Part shown: in pieces, positions 58,942-64,000 of the stretch
How positions within the stretch are numbered: the stretch's first letter is position 1
Layout of the letters: each line of letters starts with the position of its first letter
DNA from: an uncultured Pelagibacteraceae bacterium
GTDB taxonomy: Bacteria; Pseudomonadota; Alphaproteobacteria; Pelagibacterales; Pelagibacteraceae
Assembly (NCBI GenBank): GCA_902613915.1
Contig: CACMJB010000003.1
Coordinates: 15,214 to 79,213, forward strand
Direction: 5' to 3'
DNA: 64,000 bases
The notes under the pieces: model-generated
Database searches by the model: none
The model's input: only the letters and a program-made list of their open reading frames with translations
Told to the model about the DNA's origin: nothing
Made by a program: the position numbers and the translations under genes

Positions 58942-60374
58942 AGACAGAAGATTTAAAAAATTCTAAAGAATATAAGTACGGCTTTACCACTGATATAGAA
59001 AATATCAGAGCTCCGAAAGGTCTGAACGAGGAGACAATTAAATTTATTTCAAATATCAAAAAAGAGCCAAAATGGATGTTAGATTGGAGATTGAAGGCTT
59101 ATAATAGATTAAAAGTCCTAAAAGAACCTGACTGGCAGAAACCAAAATATCCAAAAATTAATTATCAAGATTTATATTATTATTCTGCACCTAAGAGCTC
59201 TTCAGAAAAACCTAAAAGTTTAGACGATATAGACCCAAAAATTTTGGAGACTTATAAAAAACTTGGAATTCCTTTAGATGAACAAAAAAGATTAAACGGT
59301 ATAGCTGTAGATGCTGTTTTTGACTCGGTTTCAGTTGCAACAACTTTTAAAGACGAGTTAACAAAAAAAGGAATAATTTTTTGCTCGATATCCGAAGCTA
59401 TTCAAAAACATCCAGATTTAGTCAAGAAGTATCTTGGATCTGTAATTCCTTTAAGCGATCATTACTTTGCTACTTTGAATTCAGCTGTATTTACAGACGG
59501 TTCATTTGTTTACATACCCCCAAACACAAGGTGTCCAATGGAACTTTCAACATATTTTAGAATTAATGCCTCAGAAACCGGCCAGTTTGAAAGAACATTA
59601 ATTATTGCAGATAAAGGAAGCTACGTTAGTTATTTAGAAGGTTGTACAGCTCCTATGAGAGATGAAAACCAACTTCACGCAGCCAATGTTGAACTTATTG
59701 CCTTAGATGATGCTGAAATAAAATATTCAACAGTACAAAACTGGTATCCAGGAGACGAAAATGGAAGAGGTGGAATTTATAATTTTGTAACAAAGAGAGG
59801 AGCTTGCAGAGGAAAAAATTCAAAAATTTCTTGGACACAAGTTGAAACTGGATCAGCTATAACTTGGAAGTACCCAAGTTGTATTTTACAAGGAGATAAC
59901 TCTGTAGGAGAATTCTACTCAATTGCAATTACCAACAATCATCAAAAAGCAGACACTGGAACAAAGATGATCCACTTAGGAAAAAATACAAAAAGTAAAA
60001 TAATTTCAAAAGGTATTTCTGCAGGTAAAGCAGATAATATGTACAGAGGTCTTGTGCAAATTAAAAATAAAGCTAGCAATTCTAGAAATTATACTCAATG
60101 TGACTCCTTATTAATGGGTAATAAATGTGGAGCACACACTATTCCTTACATAAAAAATAATAACTCTACTTCAACAATAGAGCACGAAGCAACAACTACA
60201 AAAATAAATGAAGAACAACTTTATTACTGCAATCAAAGAGGACTAGACCAAGAAGAAGCAGTTAGCTTAATTGTAAATGGTTTTTGTAAAGAAGTTTTAC
60301 AGCAACTACCTATGGAATTTGCGGTTGAAGCTCAAAAACTTGTGGCAATAAGCTTAGAGGGAAGTGTAGGATAA
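58938..60374 (+). CDS. sufB: Fe-S cluster assembly scaffold SufB
   Basis: '[10 protein letters not shown]', '[13 protein letters not shown]', '[11 protein letters not shown]' and 'HEATTTKI'. 478 aa. Confidence 0.97.
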   Translation: MKTEDLKNSKEYKYGFTTDIENIRAPKGLNEETIKFISNIKKEPKWMLDWRLKAYNRLKVLKEPDWQKPKYPKINYQDLYYYSAPKSSSEKPKSLDDIDPKILETYKKLGIPLDEQKRLNGIAVDAVFDSVSVATTFKDELTKKGIIFCSISEAIQKHPDLVKKYLGSVIPLSDHYFATLNSAVFTDGSFVYIPPNTRCPMELSTYFRINASETGQFERTLIIADKGSYVSYLEGCTAPMRDENQLHAANVELIALDDAEIKYSTVQNWYPGDENGRGGIYNFVTKRGACRGKNSKISWTQVETGSAITWKYPSCILQGDNSVGEFYSIAITNNHQKADTGTKMIHLGKNTKSKIISKGISAGKADNMYRGLVQIKNKASNSRNYTQCDSLLMGNKCGAHTIPYIKNNNSTSTIEHEATTTKINEEQLYYCNQRGLDQEEAVSLIVNGFCKEVLQQLPMEFAVEAQKLVAISLEGSVG

Positions 60375-61108
60375 TGTTAAATATTAAAAACTTAGAAGCG
60401 AAAGTTGACAATAAGCACATTTTAAATGGCTTAAATCTTGATATTAAACCAGGTGAAGTTCACGCAATAATGGGACCTAATGGTTCAGGAAAAAGTACAT
60501 TGGCAAATGTACTATCTGGCAAAAATGGCTATGAGACAAAAGGAGAAATAAAATACAACGGTGAAAATCTTAGCGAACTATCAACTGAAGAAAGAGCTCA
60601 AAAAGGAATATTCTTAGCATTCCAATATCCATTAGAAATACCAGGAGTAAATACTAATGTTTTTTTAAGGACGTCTCTTAATTCAGTAAGAAAAGCCAGA
60701 GGTGAAAAAGAATTAGACACACTAAATTTTTTGAAAATAGTTAAAGAGAAATCATCCGAGCTTGGAATTGATGAGAAATTTTTATCACGTCAATTAAACG
60801 TTGGGTTTTCAGGAGGCGAAAAGAAAAAAAATGAAATCTTGCAAATGAAAATACTTCAGCCAAAACTCTCAATTTTAGATGAGACTGACTCAGGTTTAGA
60901 TATAGATGCTTTAAGAATTGTTGCTGACGGAGTTAACTCATATAAAAATAAAGAAAATGCTTTCTTAATCATAACTCATTATCAAAGGCTATTAGATTAT
61001 ATAAAGCCAGATTTTATACACGTTTTATCAAAAGGAAAAATTGTTAAGACCGGGAACGCAGATCTTGGAGTTGAGTTAGAGAAAACTGGTTACGCAAATT
61101 TTATTTAA
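60374..61108 (+). CDS. sufC: Fe-S cluster assembly ATPase SufC
   Basis: Walker A 'GPNGSGKST', ABC signature-like 'GFSGGEKKKNEI' and Walker B 'ILDETDSGLD'. Confidence 0.97.
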   Translation: MLNIKNLEAKVDNKHILNGLNLDIKPGEVHAIMGPNGSGKSTLANVLSGKNGYETKGEIKYNGENLSELSTEERAQKGIFLAFQYPLEIPGVNTNVFLRTSLNSVRKARGEKELDTLNFLKIVKEKSSELGIDEKFLSRQLNVGFSGGEKKKNEILQMKILQPKLSILDETDSGLDIDALRIVADGVNSYKNKENAFLIITHYQRLLDYIKPDFIHVLSKGKIVKTGNADLGVELEKTGYANFI

Positions 61109-62338
61109 ATGAAAAATTTCTACGATTTCAAAGTTGACAACATTATAGGTCTTTCTTCAAAGGAAAAAGAATTTAGAAATAAAGAATTAGATTTATTCGA
61201 TAAAAATGGGTTTCCAAATAAAAGAGAAGAGGCGTGGAAATTTACTGATCTTAATACAATACTAAGTAAAAATTTTACCAACATCACCAACGATTATATC
61301 TCATTAAAAGAAAAAAAATTTGAATTAATCAAAGAGTTTGATCATAATTATTTATTTGTATTAGATGGAAAACTTGTTTCAAATGAATTTAAGTTTGAGG
61401 ACAAAAACAAGGTTTCCATTAAAGAGTACGACTATGAAAAACAAACATTCGTAAGAAATCAAAATTCTTTAAATCTACTTAATAATGCACTGGCTTCAGG
61501 TGGCTATTCTCTGGAAATATCAAAAAATTATAAGTTTAGAAAACCGTTAGTTGTTTACAATCATTTTTCTGAAAGTATAAAGGAACAAATTATAAGTTAT
61601 AAAAATTCATTAATTCTTAACGAAAATTCAGAAATAAAAATTCTCAATTATACAGATACAAACTCTAAAAATAATTTTTTTGTAAATTCTTTTGACTGCT
61701 TTAAATTAAAAAAAGATTCTAGCTTAAAAAATATTTTTATAAATAAGAATAGATGCAATTGTTATTTTCATAACTATCAAAAAAGTGATTTAGAGCATAA
61801 TACTACTTTAGATAATTATATTCTTTCTACTGGGCTTAAATTTAACAAGATGGATATAGAAATTAATTTGAATGAAGAACATGCTAAAAGTTCAGTTTTT
61901 TCAGCTCTTAGTCTTAGCAGCGATGAACATCAAGAAATAAAAAGTAGCTTAAATCATAATTCTAAAAATTGTCAAAGCTATCAAAAAATCAAAAATGTAT
62001 TAAATGATCAAAGCAGAGGAGTTTACCAAGGAAAAATTTTTGTTAAGCAAGAAGCCCAAAAAACTGATGCATATCAATTAAGCAAAGCTTTATTACTTAA
62101 TGACAATGCAGAATTTGATGCAAAACCAGAATTAGAAATTTACGCAGACGATGTGAAATGTTCTCACGGTTCTACATCAGGAAGCATAGATTTAGATTCA
62201 ATTCATTATTTAAAATCGAGAGGGATTCCCGAAAAGAAAGCTTATCAAATGCTGATTAATGGTTTTTTATCAGAGATTTTAGAGAAATTACCTGAAGATA
62301 ATTTAAAGAAATTTTTAATAGAAAAGTTAGGAAGATAA
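61109..62338 (+). CDS. sufD: Fe-S cluster assembly protein SufD
   Basis: C-terminal SufB/D beta-helix ('GVYQGKIFV...DAYQLSKALLL...PELEIYADDVKCSHGST...YLKSRGI'). Position between sufC and sufS. Confidence 0.92.
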   Translation: MKNFYDFKVDNIIGLSSKEKEFRNKELDLFDKNGFPNKREEAWKFTDLNTILSKNFTNITNDYISLKEKKFELIKEFDHNYLFVLDGKLVSNEFKFEDKNKVSIKEYDYEKQTFVRNQNSLNLLNNALASGGYSLEISKNYKFRKPLVVYNHFSESIKEQIISYKNSLILNENSEIKILNYTDTNSKNNFFVNSFDCFKLKKDSSLKNIFINKNRCNCYFHNYQKSDLEHNTTLDNYILSTGLKFNKMDIEINLNEEHAKSSVFSALSLSSDEHQEIKSSLNHNSKNCQSYQKIKNVLNDQSRGVYQGKIFVKQEAQKTDAYQLSKALLLNDNAEFDAKPELEIYADDVKCSHGSTSGSIDLDSIHYLKSRGIPEKKAYQMLINGFLSEILEKLPEDNLKKFLIEKLGR

Positions 62339-62342
62339 ATTA

Positions 62343-63560
62343 ATGGATATTAAAAATATAAAAAAAGAATTTCCAATTTTTAAACAAAAAATTAATGGTA
62401 AGCCTTTAGTTTATTTGGATAGTGCGAATTCATCACAAAAACCAAAAGTTGTAATAGATAAAATTTCAAGCTTTTATGAAACAGAATATTCTAATGTTGG
62501 AAGAAGTGTTCATACTCTTGCAGTAAAAGCGACCAATAGATTTGAAGCTACAAGAGATAAAATCCAAAAATATTTAAATGCTAAACACAGAGAAGAAATT
62601 ATATTTACTAAAGGCGCAACAGAAGCAATAAACCTAGTAGCATCGTCATATGGAAAAAAATATATAAAAGAAGGGGACGAAGTATTAATTACTGAGTTAG
62701 AACATCACTCTAATTATGTGCCTTGGAACTATTTAAGAACTGACAAAGGTGCAGTTATTAAATTTGCTCAAGTTAATGAAAATGGTGATGTTGAAATAGA
62801 GGAAATTAAAAAACTTATAACAAATAAAACAAAAATTATTGCAATCACCCACATATCAAATGTTACTGGAGCAATTTTACCAATTACAAAAATTGTAGAT
62901 CTCGCAAAAGAAAAAAATATTCCAGTTTTAATTGATGGGACACAGGGTGCACCTCATTCTGAAATTGATATGCAGAAAATAGGATGTGATTTTTACGCAA
63001 TATCTTGCCATAAAATGTATGGTCCAAATGGTCTAGGTGTGTTGTATATGAAAAAAAAATGGGTTGATGACTTACCTCCATATCAAGGCGGAGGAGGAAT
63101 GATTAATGAGGTAAAAAAAGACAATATTACTTTTGCTGATGCATATACAAAATTTGAAGCTGGAACAATGCAAACAGCAGAAGTGGTTGCATTTGCAGAA
63201 GCATTAAATTTTATTGAGGACATTGGTATCAAAAAAATAGCGTCTCATGAAAAAGAAATTTTGCAATATGGATTAGAAAAATTAAGAAAAAATAATTCTG
63301 TAAATATTATTGGAGATCCAAAAGAGAGAGGGTCAGTTTTGTGCTTTACCTTAAAAGGTATTCACCCTCACGATATTGCAACAATTTTAGATGATGATGG
63401 TGTAGCAATTAGAGCAGGACATCATTGTTGCCAAATATTACATGATAAGCTTGGTATACCAGCAACTGCAAGAGCTTCTATTGGAGTTTATAATGATAAA
63501 GAAGACATAGACAAATTATCAGACTCAATTAAAAATTGTCAGAAAGTATTTCAAAATTAA
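62343..63560 (+). CDS. sufS: Cysteine desulfurase SufS (class V aminotransferase, group II)
   Basis: 'YLDSANSSQKP', PLP-Lys 'SCHKMYGPNGLGVLY' and active-site loop 'RAGHHCCQ'. Confidence 0.96.
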   Translation: MDIKNIKKEFPIFKQKINGKPLVYLDSANSSQKPKVVIDKISSFYETEYSNVGRSVHTLAVKATNRFEATRDKIQKYLNAKHREEIIFTKGATEAINLVASSYGKKYIKEGDEVLITELEHHSNYVPWNYLRTDKGAVIKFAQVNENGDVEIEEIKKLITNKTKIIAITHISNVTGAILPITKIVDLAKEKNIPVLIDGTQGAPHSEIDMQKIGCDFYAISCHKMYGPNGLGVLYMKKKWVDDLPPYQGGGGMINEVKKDNITFADAYTKFEAGTMQTAEVVAFAEALNFIEDIGIKKIASHEKEILQYGLEKLRKNNSVNIIGDPKERGSVLCFTLKGIHPHDIATILDDDGVAIRAGHHCCQILHDKLGIPATARASIGVYNDKEDIDKLSDSIKNCQKVFQN

Positions 63561-64000
63561 ATGGATTTAAAAGAGTTATATCAAGAAATAATTTTGGATC
63601 ATGGTAAAAATCCAAGAAATAAAGGTAAGTGTGATGGATACACTAATGATGCAAAAGCTCATAATCCTTTATGTGGTGATAAAGTTCATATTTATTTAAA
63701 ATTAAATAAAGATAAAGAAATTGAAGATTTGAGTTTTGAGGGAGAAGGGTGCGCAATTTCATTAGCATCAGCATCTATTTTGACTGAAACAGTAAAAGGA
63801 AAAGATTTATCTTTTTTAAAAAAAATAAACGAGGACTTTTTGAATATGATTAAGAATAAAGCAAAAATTACAATTAATAGTCTCTCGGAGGATCAGATAA
63901 CAACAATCTCATCTTTATCTGGAGTCCAAGAGTTTCCAATGAGGGTTAAATGCGCAACAATGGCTTGGCATACTTGTTTGTCAGCAGTAGAGAAAAAATG
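63561..64000 (+). CDS. sufU: SufU/IscU-like NifU-N-domain sulfur acceptor (3' end beyond the window)
   Basis: 'LYQEIILDHGKNPRN', 'NPLCGDKV', 'GEGCAIS' and 'RVKCATMAW': three conserved Cys with the long insert before the third Cys typical of SufU-type proteins. The ATG follows the sufS stop directly. Truncated by the window edge. Confidence 0.85.
   Translation, partial: MDLKELYQEIILDHGKNPRNKGKCDGYTNDAKAHNPLCGDKVHIYLKLNKDKEIEDLSFEGEGCAISLASASILTETVKGKDLSFLKKINEDFLNMIKNKAKITINSLSEDQITTISSLSGVQEFPMRVKCATMAWHTCLSAVEKK

Noticed and set aside
1-64000. Looked for mobile elements, prophage, CRISPR arrays, tRNA/rRNA genes, toxin-antitoxin or defence modules, or any compositionally distinct island that could house a novel multi-gene system.
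   Set aside because: Every ORF over ~100 aa on the coding strand is accounted for by a housekeeping family or a small conserved-looking hypothetical. No integrase, transposase or phage motif is present. I saw no direct-repeat array. No spacer exceeds 165 nt, and composition looks uniform by eye. Repeat and tRNA searches were visual only, not computed.

Overview
The window is AT-rich (about 30% GC by eye, not computed) and very densely packed. It looks like core chromosome of a streamlined marine alphaproteobacterium, most likely SAR11/Pelagibacterales. That assignment rests on base composition, tiny spacers and alphaproteobacterial markers such as hdaA, the NDUFA12-like plus DUF2155-like pair, a eukaryote-type NADP-Icd and a short Psd; I could not run a search to confirm it.

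I can support 63 protein genes, almost all housekeeping:
- recA, alaS, aspS, tyrS, dnaB and rpsF-rpsR-rplI
- fabD-fabG-acpP and accBC
- guaB/guaA, purF/purM/purN and psd-pssA
- lptF-lptG-lptD-surA-pdxA-rsmA
- thiS-thiG, rne, mrcA and prfB
- an Rrf2 regulator followed by sufBCDS-sufU

I found no rRNA, tRNA, CRISPR array, transposase, integrase, phage gene or recognisable defence or toxin module. No spacer is long enough to hide one; the largest non-coding stretch is 165 nt. I therefore do not see a multi-gene novel system here, and I would treat this as an ordinary core region with several single-locus oddities.

The leads most worth a second look:
1. A free-standing ORF (42789-43610) homologous to the C-terminal TSCPD-like module of class II ribonucleotide reductase, with no catalytic domain nearby.
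2. A cysteine-free RNase E/G homologue that lacks the Zn-link motif and the long scaffold tail.
3. An IMP dehydrogenase with the CBS/Bateman module cleanly deleted, and a small secreted TPR protein wedged between guaB and guaA.
4. prfB with an E. coli-identical +1 frameshift site, which the ORF track splits.
5. An architectural pattern in which all nine convergent gene pairs overlap or nearly abut at their stop codons, often inside TTAA/TTAATTAA palindromes, and two divergent pairs have 2-32 nt and 20 nt of spacer.

Candidate regulatory sites are low-confidence because promoter-like and palindromic AT-rich strings arise easily at this composition.
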